A DNA stretch of 64,000 nucleotides from Octopus sinensis (taxonomy: Eukaryota): NCBI RefSeq assembly GCF_006345805.1, contig NC_043023.1, positions 16,120,001 through 16,184,000 of the forward strand, written 5' to 3'. A program made the translations under genes and the position numbers. Below, piece by piece: positions 37,529 to 51,698 of this stretch; within the stretch, counting starts at the first letter, position 1; each line of letters begins with the position of its first letter. The notes beneath the pieces are model-generated. The model saw only the letters and a program-made list of their open reading frames with translations, did no database searches and had not been told where the DNA came from.

Positions 37529-39549
37529 GAAATACCAGTAATAATCTCAGGTGCTGGAAGGACACTCCTTTGATATTTAGTCCAGTGCTATGTGGGTAGG
37601 AAGCAAGCATTTACCACATAACCATGCCTGCCACCTATAATTTAATAAATAAGAAATTTTATAAATTGTGATTTTGATGTACACCCCCTTGTTATAAACT
37701 TTTACTGTTAAATTACTGCCACTCGATTTATGCTGTCAGCGTCATCGTCGAATCAACATCCAGGTTTCTAAAACCCGAAGCTGAAAGAAGCCCGCCATGC
37801 GTCTGTGTTTGTCCGCCCCAACATCGCTTGACAACCGGTGCTGGTGTGTTTACGTCCCGTACAAAGAATAAGTTCTGGGGTCGATTTGATCGCTAAAGGC
37901 GGTGCTCCAAATGACTGAAACAAGTAAAAGAGTATATATATATATCTCTTTACTTGTTTCAGTCATTTGACTGCGGCCATGCTGGAGCACCGCCTTTAGT
38001 CAAGCAACTCGACCCCGAGACTCATTCTCTGTAAGCTCAGTACTTATTCTATCAGTCTCTTTTGCCGAACCGCTAAGTGACAGGGACGTAAACACACAGC
38101 ATCGGTTGTCAAGCAATGCTAGGGGGACAAACACAGACACACAAACGCACACATACATACATATATATATATACACAGTACGACAGGCTTCTTTCAGTTT
38201 CCGTCTACCAAATCCACTCACAAGGCTTTGTCGGCCCGACGCTATAGCAGAAGACACTTGCCCAAATGCCACGCAGTGGGACTGAACCCGGAACTATGTG
38301 GTTGGTAAACAAGCTACTTACTACACAGCCCTCCTGTGCCTATTACGATGGGCTTCTTTCAGTTTCCGTCTACAAATCCATCACAAGGCTTTGGTCGGCC
38401 CGAGGCTATAGTAGAAGACACTTGCCCAAGGTGCCAAGCAAGTGGGACTGAACCCCGGAACCATGTGGGTGGTAAGCAAGCTACTTACCACACGGCCACT
38501 CATGCGCCTATAATTTCTTTTAGGTGTGTGTTTTCCCCTACCCCCATTCCTACCGTCACTTGTCAAGCTGTGTTAGTCTGTTTATATACCCATGATCTTG
38601 ACCGATAAAATAAAGCCAGGCTTACAAAGAATAAGTCCTGGGATTGATTTCTCCAACTGATCCCATTGTTCAAGAAGTCTCCCTCCTGCTGTTCACCCAA
38701 GCGTCAGACAACAACAGCAGATGCCACATCATCATTGCCACACTGGTGGCATTTCCATACTGGTTCTCAGGCAAGTGGTTGTTTTTTTCTTTTTTGTTTA
38801 TGTTGGAGGAACAGATGGAAGGGCCAAACCATTAGGGGCTAGACTTCCTTTTCTACCTCCAACCCTGCTTTATCTCTTTTTACTCTTTTACTGGTTTCAG
38901 TCATTTGACTGCGGCCATGCTGGAGCACCGCCTTTAGTCGAGCAAATCGATCCCCAGGTCTTATTCTTTGTAAGCCCAGTACTTATTCTATCGGTCTCTT
39001 TGCCGAACCGCTTAGTTACGGGGACGTAAACACACCAGCATCGGTGTCATGCAATGCTAGGGGGCGACAAACCAGACACACAAACATATACACATACGAT
39101 ACATATATACGACGGGCTTCTTTCAGTTTCCGTTACCAAATCCACTCACAAGACTTTGGTCGGCCCGAGGCTATAGTAGAAGACACTTGCCCAGGTGCCA
39201 CGCAGTGGGACTGAACCGGAACCATGTGGTTGTAAGCAAGCTGCATACCACACAGCCACTCCTGCACTATTATACATATACGACGGGCTTCTTTCAGTTT
39301 CCGCTTTACCAAATCCCACTCACAAGACTTTGGTCAGCCCAAGGCTATAGTAGAAGACACTTGCCCAAGGTCCCACGCAGTGGGACTGAACCCGGAACCA
39401 TGTGGTTGGTAAGCAAGCTACTTACCACACAGCCACTCCTACGCCTTTATTTATTTATTTTTTACAGAAACCCCCTTTTCGGGTACGGTGATTACGAAGC
39501 TGGAAAAAAAAAAAAAGGCAAAATTCAGCATTCAAAATTTCATTCCTCG

Positions 39550-40955
39550 ACTAAATAGTACCAGTTATGCACTGGGGTCGTTGTAATCGACTAATCCGTT
39601 TGTCTATCTTGGTTTAGCCCCTTGTGGGTAGTAAAGAAATAGGTATTTCGTCTGTCGTAACGTTCTGAGTTCAAATTCGCCGAGGTCGACTTGCCTTTCA
39701 TGCTTTCAGGGTTGATAAATTAAGTACCAGTTACGCACTGGGGTCGATGTAATCGACTTAATACCTACGTCTGTCCTTGTTTGTCCTCTCTGTGTTTAAC
39801 CCCTTGTGGGTAGTAAGAAAAGGTATTTCGTCTGCCGTTACGTTGTGAGTTCAAATTCCGCCGAGGTCGACTTTGCCTTTCATGCTTTCAGGGTTGATAA
39901 ATTAAGTACCAGTTACGCACTGGGGTCGATGTAATCGACTTAATACCTACGTCTGTCCTTGTTTGTCCTCTCTGTGTTTAACCCCTTGTGGGTAGTAAAG
40001 AAATAGGTATTTCGTCTGCCGTTACGTTGTGAGTTCAAATTCCGCCGAGGTCGACTTTGCCTTTCATGCTTTCAGGGTTGATAAATTAAGTACCAGTTAC
40101 GCACTGGGGTCGATGTAATCGACTTAATACCTACGTCTGTCCTTGTTTGTCCTCTCTGTGTTTAACCCCTTGTGGGTAGTAAAGAAATAGGTATTTCGTC
40201 TGCCGTTACGTTGTGAGTTCAAATTCCGCCGAGGTCGACTTTGCCTTTCATGCTTTCAGGGTTGATAAATTAAGTACCAGTTACGCACTGGGGTCGATGT
40301 AATCGACTTAATACCTACGTCTGTCCTTGTTTGTCCTCTCTGTGTTTAACCCCTTGTGGGTAGTAAAGAAATAGGTATTCGTCTGCCGTTACGTTGTGAG
40401 TTCAAATTCCGCCGAGGTCGACTTTGCCTTTCATGCTTTCAGGTTGATAAATTAAGTACCAGTTACGCACTGGGGTCGATGTAATCGACTTAATACCTAC
40501 GTCTGTCCTTGTTTGTCCTCTCTGTGTTTAACCCCTGTGGGTAGTAAAGAAATAGGTATTTCGTCTGCCGTTACGTTGTGAGTTCAAATTCCGCCGAGGC
40601 GACTTTGCCTTTCATGCTTTCAGGGTTGATAAATTAAGTACCAGTTACGCACTGGGTCGATGTAATCGACTTAATACCTACGTCTGTCCTTGTTTGTCCT
40701 CTCTGTGTTTAACCCCTTGTGGGTAGTAAAGAAATAGGTATTTCGTCTGCCGTTACGTTGTGAGTTCAAATTCCGCCGAGGTCGACTTTGCCTTTCATCC
40801 TTTCGGGGTCGATAAATTAAGTACCAGTTACGCACTGGGATCGATATAATCGACTTAAACCGTTTGTGTGTCCTTGTTTGTCCTCTCTGTGTTTAACCCC
40901 TTGTGGGTAGTAAAGAAATAGGTATTTCGTCTGTCGTAACGTTCTGAGTTCAAAT
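39550..40955 (+). repeat. Tandem array of SINE family 2 body modules (~8 x 180 bp)
   Basis: Expanded counterpart of 17060-17745. Confidence 0.85.
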
Positions 40956-41419
40956 TTTGGGCGTTGTGCCTAGTAGAGTAGAAAAGAACTTTAACGAACA
41001 AGCACACACACACAACCCATAAGCTATTTCTCCTCCTCATCCCATTTAGCAGCTATTACGGATGTAACGAAAATATCCGAAGTGAATTGTCGAGTCGTCA
41101 CAGAAACAACGGAGTTCTTGTTATGATTTTTGGCGAGACAAAACGAAGGAACACGCCCCAAAGTTTCAAACTCTTTTGTTAAAAAATAACAATTAGCAAT
41201 TAATTAAAGAACAAACAAAAAAAAACCAGATTGGTGAAAAGAAAAGCAGCTCGGATAACGGACAGAGTCAACAACTATTGAAAAGGTTGGAAGAGGCAAA
41301 GAAAACTTTAGGAAAAATAGGTAATTAGCGGAAACTTTAACGGTGAGTGTGTTAAATAACAAGCACCTTGCTTCAGCACGAACTCGCATGAAAATCCTGC
41401 AAACCGAACCCCAAACGAA

Positions 41420-42058
41420 ATGCATGTATGTATGTGTGTATGTACGTATGTATGTACGTATGTGTGTATGTATGTATGTATGTATGTGTGTGTGTATGTA
41501 TGTATGTATGTGTGTATATGTGTGTATGTGCGTATGTATGTATGCATGTACGTACGTATGGAACGTAAGTATGTATGTAAGTATGTATGTAAGTATGTAA
41601 GTATGTATGTATGTATGTATGTATGTATGTATGTACGTACGTATGGAACGTAAGTATGTATGTAAGTATGTGTGTATGTATGTATGTATGTGTGTGTGTA
41701 TGTATGTATGTGTGTGTATGTATGTATGTATGTATGCATGCATGCATGCATGTATGTATGTGTGTATGTACGTATGTATGTATGTATGTATGTATGTATG
41801 TATGTGTGTATGTATGTATGTATGTGTGTATATATGTGTGTATGTGCGTATGTATGTATGTATGTGTGTGTGTATCTATGTATGTATGTATGTTCATATG
41901 TATGTATGTATGTAAGTATCTATGTATGTGCGTATGTACGTAAGTATGTATGTATGTATGTGTGTGTATGTATGTATGTATGTATGTATGTACGTACGTA
42001 TGGAACGTAAGTATGCATGTAAGTATGTGTGTATGTGTGTATGTATGTATGTATGCAT
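41420..42058. repeat. (TATG)n microsatellite
   Basis: Counterpart of 18210-19120, shorter and rearranged. Confidence 0.95.
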
Positions 42059-42851
42059 TATTTGATTAAAAAACAAAAAAAAAGTCAGTGTTTTGGCTGA
42101 TGTCACTCACATAAGTCGGGTTGTTGAATGATACAGATTGTAGATGATGACGTTGGCATCCTTTTTGTGTCTCGGGAGACAATGGAGTTGCGCATAAAAT
42201 AATCTAGTCTAGCTTTTACATTTCATGTCCTCATATATATATCCTCCTGTGGCTGCGTAGTCCTATCCTGGACAAACACTCCTTCGGTACTACTTGAGAA
42301 CAGTAGTCCAGGTGCGCGCACTCACGTAGTCAGGCATCCGCGCTAGCTAGTCGTGACTAGTCGATCCTACAACGACTAACCTAGCTAAGTAAATAAAACA
42401 CAAAATAAATATTTGGCGATCCTTCGGTATAAGTACACACGTGACTTTGTTTACATTTCTGAAGATAAAAGAAACCCTTTTCTCCCACCCCTAACCCTAA
42501 CCCTAAGACAAACCCCCCATATATAAAAAAAAAACACTTTCTTGAAATGTATCTGGTACTTATACCGAAGTTATGCCAAATATTTTTTTTGCGCAAAGTA
42601 AATAATTTTTGTTTAACAAAGTAAATAAAACACACAAAAAAAAGTAATTTTTTTGGAGTGGTAAGTTGCTTGTTTACCAACCAAATGGTTCCGGGTTCAG
42701 TCTCACTGCGTGGCACCTTGGACAAGTGTCTTCTACTATAGCCTCGGGCCGACCAAAGCCTTGTGAGTGGACTTGGTAGACAGAAACTGAAAGAAGCCCG
42801 TCGTATATATATATATAAGCCCGTCGTATATATATATATATATAGCCCGTC

Positions 42852-42891
<40 letters not shown>

Positions 42892-43773
42892 GACGGGCTT
42901 CTTTCAGTTTCCGTCTACAAAATCCACTCACAAGGCTTTGGTCGGCTCGAGGCTATAGTAGAAGACACTTGTCCAAGGTGCCACGCAGTGGGACTGAACC
43001 CGGAACCATGTGGTTCGTAAACAAGCTACTTACCACACAGCCACACATATGTGTGTTGTGCGTGTGTGTTTGTGTGTCTGTGTTTGTCTCCCTAGCATTG
43101 CTTGACAACCGATGCTGGTGTGTTTATGTCCCCGTCACTTAGCGGTTCGGCAAAAGAGACCGATTGAATAAGTACTGGGCTTACAAAAGAATAAGTCCCG
43201 GGGTCGATTTGCTCGACTAAAGGCGGTGCTCCAGCATGGCCGCAGTCGAATGACTGAAACAAGTAAAAGCGTAGAAGAGAGAGTAACGTGGGAAAATGCC
43301 ATGTTCTAGAACCGCGATTTCCGCTGTAATTAAGAAGAAAAAATCAAGGGATTTGGCTGCTATTTCAGGTCACATGGCGGAGATGTAAACGGAACCCTTC
43401 CCTCCTTTAATTTAGGGTTTTGGTGTTAGGGTTACGGAAAATAAAAGTGAAAATGAAACAAAACAGCACAGCTCCTTCCATGACTTTAGGAAACATTTTT
43501 TCACGCTTAGAGTTGCTGAAGCATGGAACAAACTGCCGGCATCAGTTGTTAGTTGTCGGATCACTGCATCCTTCAAAACTTCCATGCTTCCTGAGATTCG
43601 CCAACACCACACCTGAGCTTTCTCCCCTCCATACACACAAGCAAGCATCTATCTGACTCATACACTGTTCACTCCCCAGACATTTGTACATTACTGCAAA
43701 TGCTTTATACGCACTTTTGACAAGTTGTGGGGGCACCTGAGCACTGTATACAATAATTTCATTAATTATTAAT

Positions 43774-43829
<56 letters not shown>

Positions 43830-43939
43830 TCATATATGATTTATACGCACTTTTGACAAGTTGTGGTGCACCTGAGCACTGTATACAATAATTTCATTAT
43901 TTATTAATACACACACACACACACACATATATATAATAA

Positions 43940-44792
43940 TAATAATTGTGTACAGTGCTCAGGTGCACTACAACTCATCTAAAGTGTATATATAATCAGG
44001 TGTAGTTTCGGCGGATTTCGGAAAGCATGAGGGCCTTAAAGGATGCAGTGTCATGGCAGTCAACAACTGATGCAGGCAGTTTATTCCATGCTTCAGCAAC
44101 TCTGAGCGTGAAAAAATGTTTCCGAAAGTCATGGGAGCTGTATTGTTTTCTGACTTTGTAGGCATGTCCACGTGTGTTAGACACATGGAGATCAAAAAGG
44201 TGGTCAGTGTTGTTGTTGGTGAGGTGGTTGATAACTTTGTGGGTGTTTACCAAGTCCGTCGCCAAACGCCGGAGCTTCAGTGAATCCATGCCCAGGGAAG
44301 GCGCTCAGAATATGGTAGGTGTCTGATGGAGGGTATGCGTTTGGTTGCACGTCTCTGGACAGATTCCAGGAGGTCAATGTTCTGTGCAAGATAGGGGTTC
44401 CAAACTGATGATGCGAATTCCAAGTGTGGTCGTACCATAGCTGTATACAGTTTTAAATAGATGGCTGGAGAGCGGCTAACAAAAGACCTGCTGAGTGATG
44501 CCAAGACACCCTCGGCCTTCCTGACAATCTTAGAGATATGCTTTGACCAACGCAAATCACTGCTGACAGTGATGCCTAGGTCACGCTCGCAAGAGGATTT
44601 CTTGATATCAGTGTTGTGGAGGGAGTAAGTGAACGCAGGGATTTTTCTCCCAAAATGCATGGTGGTACACTTGTCCACAGCCAGTTTCAGTTGCCAGTCT
44701 GTGATCCATTGCTGCATTGTGTCTAGGTCTGATTGCAGGAAAGAGTTGTAGACATCAGGATCTGTCCTCTTGATTTCAAGGTACATCTGCAA
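43940..44792 (-). mobile_element. CR1-like LINE 3' fragment (duplicate, with a 4-nt deletion near 44298)
   Basis: Same as 21000-21856; the ORF is split into 44277-44792 and 43996-44289. Confidence 0.9.
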
Positions 44793-45721
44793 TCATATAT
44801 GCTTTATACGCACTTTTGACAAGTTGTGGTGCACCTGAGCACTGTATACAATAATTTCACTATTATTTATTTATGAAGAAATTGGAAGAGGAGGGAGGAC
44901 AAAAACGTCTTTCCGAAAATAGCTGAAAAAACCCTAAAAGCAGTAGAAATGCCCGAACGATGGTGGTGCTGTCATGAAATAAACATGCTTCAGATAGATT
45001 CGTTTATTTATTCATACAAACGTAATTGAGATAAAATAGGTCCATAAATAACAGTGACAAACGAAATGTATACACCGCCGGAAGTCGACAAAGAACCGCA
45101 GTAATTTTATTCACGTCATTGATTGGTTAAAATTACCGAAATACACCAACTTTAAAACGAAATAACTTCGAAAATACAAATTTTTCTCAACAACACTCAG
45201 AGTAAAAGATGTTTTATACGACACATTCTACCGAATCGGATCGGATCGGATCGATGGAAAGGTTCCGTTTATATGAGTCATCTCATCAATTGTCTCTCTT
45301 TAACACTTTCATTTTCGTATTTCTCCCGTGATATCTTGAAAATTTGTGGACGATTTCAGGTGAGCGATTCCCTAAACTAGGTTTTCACACCCGGAAAAAC
45401 GGTAAACAACGTTTGATTTTTCTGTATGAAGGACAAATACATAATGTAATTAAAATCTTATCAAATTTATGAAGAAAAAATTGCGTATTACTTAAGCGAA
45501 ATTTCTCTGACACATCAGAGAGTTAAGATTATATTTATGAAAGTGAAACTAAAGCATTTAATTTTTAGTATCATCCGTTAAGATTACGGACGTTCGACGA
45601 TAATAATGATGATGACGATGACTCTTAATTAGATATCTACTATTGTTTGCTTGTTGTGAAATTAGTGGAACTGAAATAATTTTTGTTGTTTTTCAGGTTT
45701 AGAAAATTATTTTCACAGATC

Positions 45722-45758
45722 ATGGACATTCTAAAGTTCTGTTTGTCTGCATTATTTT
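45722..45758 (+). CDS. Copy C coding exon 1 (signal peptide)
   Basis: Identical to copy B exon 1: MDILKFCLSALF + T|gtaag. Confidence 0.8.
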
Positions 45759-47503
45759 GTAAGTTTTTATTATTCTTTTTCTTCATAATTCACTCTTGTT
45801 AATTACCCCTATACAGGTGGACACAAATCTGAAATACGTCCTACATCAATTGGGTTTTCTCTGTTTTGATGGGGACTTTTCAAATGGTTTTTTTTCATAA
45901 CAAACTTAAGCCTTTCGTCACTGTATTTATTTTGAGATGCTCTGTGTTTCTTTCAATTATTTTAAATATTACAAAGAATTTAGTAAAATAACTTAGTTAT
46001 CATTCAGCTAGTGTCAGGAACATAAATTGTGACTAAGGTTTGGTGGAAGATTTTAATTCAAAACTTATGAAAACAAGACATTTGTACTACAGAGCCAGAG
46101 GTGGTTTCAGCTGGGTTGGTACCAAAAGGGTTAAGAATTGTTTCTCTATTATATATTTTAACCCTTTTGTTACCATATTTCTGTTGAGATGTTCTGTGTT
46201 TCTTTCAATTAATTTTAAATATAACAAAGAATTTAGTAAAATAACTTAGTTATTGTTAAGCTAGTGTTAGGAACATAAATTGTGACTAAGGTTTGGTGGA
46301 AGATTTTGATTCAAAACTTATGAAAACAAGACATTTGTACTCAGAGCCAGAGCCGGTTTCAGCCGGGTTGGTAACAAAAGGTTAAGAATTGTTTCTCTAT
46401 TATATATTTTAACCCTTTTGTTACCATATTTCTGTTGAGATGCTCTGTGTTTCTTTCAATTATTTTAAATATAATAAAGAATTTAGTAAAATAACTTAGT
46501 TATTGTTAAGCTAGTGTTAGGAAAATAAATTGTGACTAAGGTTTGGTGGAAGATATTAATTCAAAACTTTTGAAAACAAGACATTTGTACTACAGGGTCA
46601 GAGGTGGTTTCAGCCAGGTTCATATCAAAAGGGTTAAGAATTGTTTCTCTATTATATATTTTTAAAGATGATAGGAGAAAGCTTTTTATGAAAAAAAACA
46701 ATTTTTGAAAATTTATTAAAAAAAAAATTGGTTGTCTCACATGAAACTTAGGATTTGTCGGTATTAATGTGTGTGTAATAACTAAATTTTTTCTACATTA
46801 ACCTTTGATGTAATAATATACAAACACTAAAATATATACTCTTTTACTTGTTTCAGTCATTTTTTTCACCTGAATCCCTTCTCTACCCAGCCCCAGACCG
46901 ATTTTTTTTTTTGCACTAAGCCCTCGAAAACCATGGCAAAATCCTTTTCGGTAAAGGTTTATTTGTCAGTCTGCCATTTGACAGGGGTCTGGAATAGGGC
47001 ACCCACATAAATTGGTCTATCTCTGTTTTGACAGGTACTTTTTACCCACTGCGTGGCATCTTCGGCAAGGGTCTTCTGCTATAGCCCCGGGCCGACCAAA
47101 GCGTTGTGAGTGGATTTGGTAGACGGAAACTGAAAGAAGCCCGTCGTATATATATGTGTTTGTGTGTCTGTGTTTGTCCCCGTAGCACTGCTCGACAACC
47201 GATGCTGGTGTATTTACGTCCCCGTCACTTAGCGGTTCAGCAAAAGAGACCGATAGAATAAGTACTGGGCTTACAAAGAATAAGTCCCGGGGTCGATTTG
47301 CTCGACTAAAGGCGGTGCTCTAGCATGGCCGCAGTCAGGTGGCTGAGACAAGTAAAGAGTAAGAGTAATCTAACCCTTGTGGGATCCTGATCTGAAACTC
47401 TGCCAATGAAATAGCCATTTTCCTTCTAATGTAACGTTCATTTATTCACAATATTTTGAATAATTTCATCTTAAAATCAAAAATTTGTTTTCATCTTTTA
47501 CAG

Positions 47504-47542
47504 GTTTGGCAAGTGCGGCAAGTTATGAAATTAAGCAAAGTG
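47504..47542 (+). CDS. Copy C coding exon 2
   Basis: Identical to copy B exon 2, with ag/gt boundaries. Confidence 0.8.
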
Positions 47543-50500
47543 GTAAATAATGGATAAACAAACCTTTTTCCCCTTTTAAACTAGACATTACCTGGATCTT
47601 TTCCGTTTGACCGGCAGTTTTTAAAAATAATTTCCACGTAACTAGACACGTTTAAACTTCGTATACTGGTAGAATGTGTTTATAAAACATCTTTTTCTCT
47701 TGGCTTTATCGAGAAAATTCTATAGTTGTAAGATATTTGTTGTTTTTTTTCCTTCAATTTCTGCAATTTCAACCAATCAATGACGTCTATTGAGGTAAAA
47801 AAAAAAGCACATTCTGTGCCGTATGAATATGTCCCTCGTTTAAGAAACAGATTGAGTTTATTTACATTTCTGAAGAAGGAAAGATACCCTTCCCCCACCC
47901 CTAATCCTAACTTTAACCCTAAAACAGATTGAAATGCAATAGATCGATACTAGGGTCATAATTATGGGTGACAATTTCATATGACACCGCTAGAAAAAAC
48001 TGCCGTTCAAACCGAAAAGATCCCATTACCTTTTCAGTTCTGTCTTCTATTTCTTTCTCTTAATTCAAAGCTTTTAGTCACTGTTTTGCTTTTGGTTTCT
48101 TTAAAGTTTTTATTCTGACCATCGAGAAGGGCTAAAGAGCCAGAAATACACATTGGGGAAACACTAGAGCAGCGGGTTTCAACCAGGGTCAAGATGGTTT
48201 GTTGGGGTACTTATAAAATGGCCACCTTGAATCTTGCCATGGATCCAACAAGCCACAGCATTGTGGCAGGCTCCTTTGCAGGCATTGGCAAGGTTTCGAT
48301 TTCTTGATGACCTTCCTAACACTGACCCCTTTACAAAGTGTGGTGGGTGCATTTTTTTATTATTGCACACCTTTCCTTTTTTATTATGCATACCTTTCCT
48401 TCTTGGGACACAAAACTCTACTTGTGAAGACCTGTTGAGGCAAGTGGGAATCAAAATCAAAATCGATCAACATCAATGGAAATTGTAGCTGTGATACCAG
48501 TGCCGGTGGCACGTAAAAAGCACCATCGGAACGTGGCCAGCTCCGCCCCGACGGGCCTCCGTGCCAGTGGCATGTAAAAAGCACCAGCCGATCTTGGCCG
48601 TTTGCCAGCCTCACCTGGCACATAAAAAGCACCCACTACACTACACTCACGGAGTGGTTGGCGTTAGGAAGGGCATCCAGCTGTAGAAACATTGCCAGAT
48701 CAGATTGGGCCTGGTGCAGCCTTCTGGCTTCACAGACCCCGGTCGATCCATCCAACCCATGCTAGCATGGAAAGTGGACGTTAAACAATGAGGATGATAT
48801 AAACACTACTGAATTGGTTTCCATTTCTCTGGGATTATGATTGTCATTCTAAAGAGGATTATGGTTACGATGCTTATCCTCCGTCATTCAAGGTCCACGT
48901 TCCATGCTGGCATCATTGACCCCTTTTCGGTGCCAATCATTTTACAGTGCACTGGAGCCTTTCTTTGCACATAACTGGCCCCTAGTGAAGTCACCAAATA
49001 ACGGGAAAGGCAAAGGAAGAGGAAGGAAACAAACCTTCACTGAAGAGCATAGTAGAGAGGGAGATGGTTTTATGTCAGGTGTTGAGAGGTATACCAGGTA
49101 TGATAGAAACACAGGTGAGCTGGCAGAATCGTTAGCACGGCGGGCGAAAAGGCTTAGCGGTATATCGTCTGCCGCTACATTCTGAGTTCAAATTCCGCTA
49201 AGGTCGACTTTACCTTTCATCCTTTTGGGGTTGATTAAATAAGTACCAGTTATGCACTGGAGTCGATGTAATCGACTTAATACCTATGTCTGCCCTTGTT
49301 TGTCTCCTCTATGTTTAGCCCCTTGAGGGTAGTAAAGAAATAGGTATTTCGTCTGTCTTTACGTTCTGAGTTCGAATTCCGCCGAGGTTGACTTTGTCTT
49401 TCATCCTTTCGGGATCGATAAATTAAGGACAAGTTACGCACTGGGGTCGATGTAATCGCCTTAATCCGTTTGTCTGTCCTCATTTAGCCCCTTATGGGTA
49501 GTAAAGAAATGGGTATGATAGAAGGACAGGAAACCGTGTCTTACTGCAGTGACCCTGCATTATATAAGGGTGGGTGGGAGTGAGTGGATAGGGACATGGT
49601 TTAATCAGGGGTACACCCATGTCTGATGAAGTTATGTTCCAGTAAACATAAATCTCATTAAATTAAAACTCATTAGGCTGAGTGTAATTAGATGTCTAAT
49701 TTCTTTTGATGGTCTCTATTGCACATTTTCCCTTTTAATTTCCAGGGGCAAAACTATTAACCCTTTAGCATTCAGATTATTCGGTCAAATGTAATCCTTT
49801 TTTATTCTCAATGTTTTGGATTAATCATGGATTATCTCATAGCTTTGAGATTTCAATGATGTGATGCTTTATTTCCAGAATGACATTGTAGTTTAGATGG
49901 GAGAGGTCAGATATGGCTAGTTTGAACATCAGACAAGTAGAGTACTTGGATCTGATATCACTAGGCACCATTCGAGCGTGATCGTTACCAACGTCACCTT
50001 ACTGGCACCTGTGCCGGTGGCATGTGTAAAAAGATTCGAGCGAGGTCTTTGCCAGTACCACCTGAGGGGCCCCCGTGCCAGTGGCACATAAAAAGCACCC
50101 ACTACACTCTCGGAGTGGTTGGCGTTAGGAAGGACATGCAGCTGTAGAAACTCTGCCAGATCAAGATTGGAGCCTGGTGCAGCCATCTGGTTCGCCAGCC
50201 CTCAGTCAAAATCGTCCAACCCATGCTAGCATGGAAAGCGGATGTTAAACGATGATGATGATGATATTCACTAGTTTAAATGCTAAAGGGTTAAATTTGG
50301 ACGTGAGGTGAAGGCCTGGCTGTGATTAGGAACTTTTCTTTCCAAGCGCATAATTTAAGGTCCAGTCCCCCTGTATGGCACCTTGTTTAAGTGTCCTCCA
50401 CTATAGCCCCAGGCCAGCAAAAGCCTTGTGAGTGGATTAGGTAGACAGGAGCTAAAAGGAGCCCACTGTGTGTATATATGGGATGTTATAGCCTTGTTTG

Positions 50501-50899
50501 GAAACAGATGAAGGTTTGTGACAGGAAGAGCATCCTACTGTTGAGAATGAAAAACTCTTATCCACAAAGCATGGAACAGGGGGCATCATAATGATGCTGA
50601 TGTTCTGCCTTAAAGGGTTTCCGGTTGAATGAATTGACCCCAGGACTTATTCTATTGGTCTCTTTTGCTGAACCACTAAGTTACTGGGACGTAGACACAC
50701 CAATACTTATTGGCAAGTGGTAGTGAGAAACAAGCACACATATAAACAAACAACAGGCTTCTTTCAGTTTCCGTCTACCAAATCCACACAGGCTGCAGTA
50801 GAAGACACTTGCCCAGGGTGCCACGCAGTGGGACTGAACCCGGAACCATGGGGTTGGTAAACAAACTACTTACCACACAGCCACTCCTGCGCCTATATA

Positions 50900-50976
<77 letters not shown>

Positions 50977-51238
50977 GTATATATATGTATATATAAACAA
51001 TGGGCTTCTTTCAGTTTCCATCTATCAAATACACTCACGAGCCTTTGAAACACACAAGTGTGTATGTATATATATACACACACACATACAATGGGCTTCT
51101 TTCAGTTTCCATCTTGAAAATCCACTCACAAGCCTGATGCTGTAGTAGAAGACACTTTCCCAAGGTGCTCTGCAGTGGGACTGAACCCAGAACCGTATGA
51201 TTGAAAAGCAAACTTCTTAACTGATTTCTTTATTTCAG

Positions 51239-51487
51239 GAACTGCTGTGCTCAATGGAAACGTCACCCTTTCGATAACAATATCTGATATGGAACGACCG
51301 GTGGTTTGGAAGTGCGACAATTATAAATATGAATGTGACAGGACATGCGCTGATGGCACTGACTATAAAGTAACACATAGTGGAGATACCTCCAAGCTTT
51401 GGATCAGAAAAGTAACTGAGAAATGTTTGACTTGGAAATTCGAAGATGAGAACCTTAATGTTGGAAAAATTGATTTGGATATAAAGA
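51239..51487 (+). CDS. Copy C coding exon 3 (Ig-like domain)
   Basis: Same translation as copy B exon 3; 249 nt, phase 1-1. Confidence 0.85.
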
Positions 51488-51698
51488 GTAAGGAAATGAT
51501 TTATAATAATTTCTTTATTAACCACAGAGGGCTAACACAAAGGAAAACATTCGGGAGGGTACAGTGTGGGTTTTAGCATGTAAAAAGTCATACAAAGAAT
51601 AAAAGAAATTCAAAGTAAAACCCCTGATAGTGGGGGGACTTTCAAGGGCTACACGTAAAGAAAGCCCACAAAATCCATGGTCTCCCTGACCACCAGGG

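Larger units (their letters stand above)
14850..37540 (+). repeat. Segmental duplication unit 1 (~22.7 kb), containing gene copy B
   Basis: Colinear and near-identical to ~37540-59650. Offsets are 22936 at exon 1, 22681 at exon 2, 22678 at exon 3 and 22111 at exon 4; the offset differences are explained by tandem-array lengths. Confidence 0.9.
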
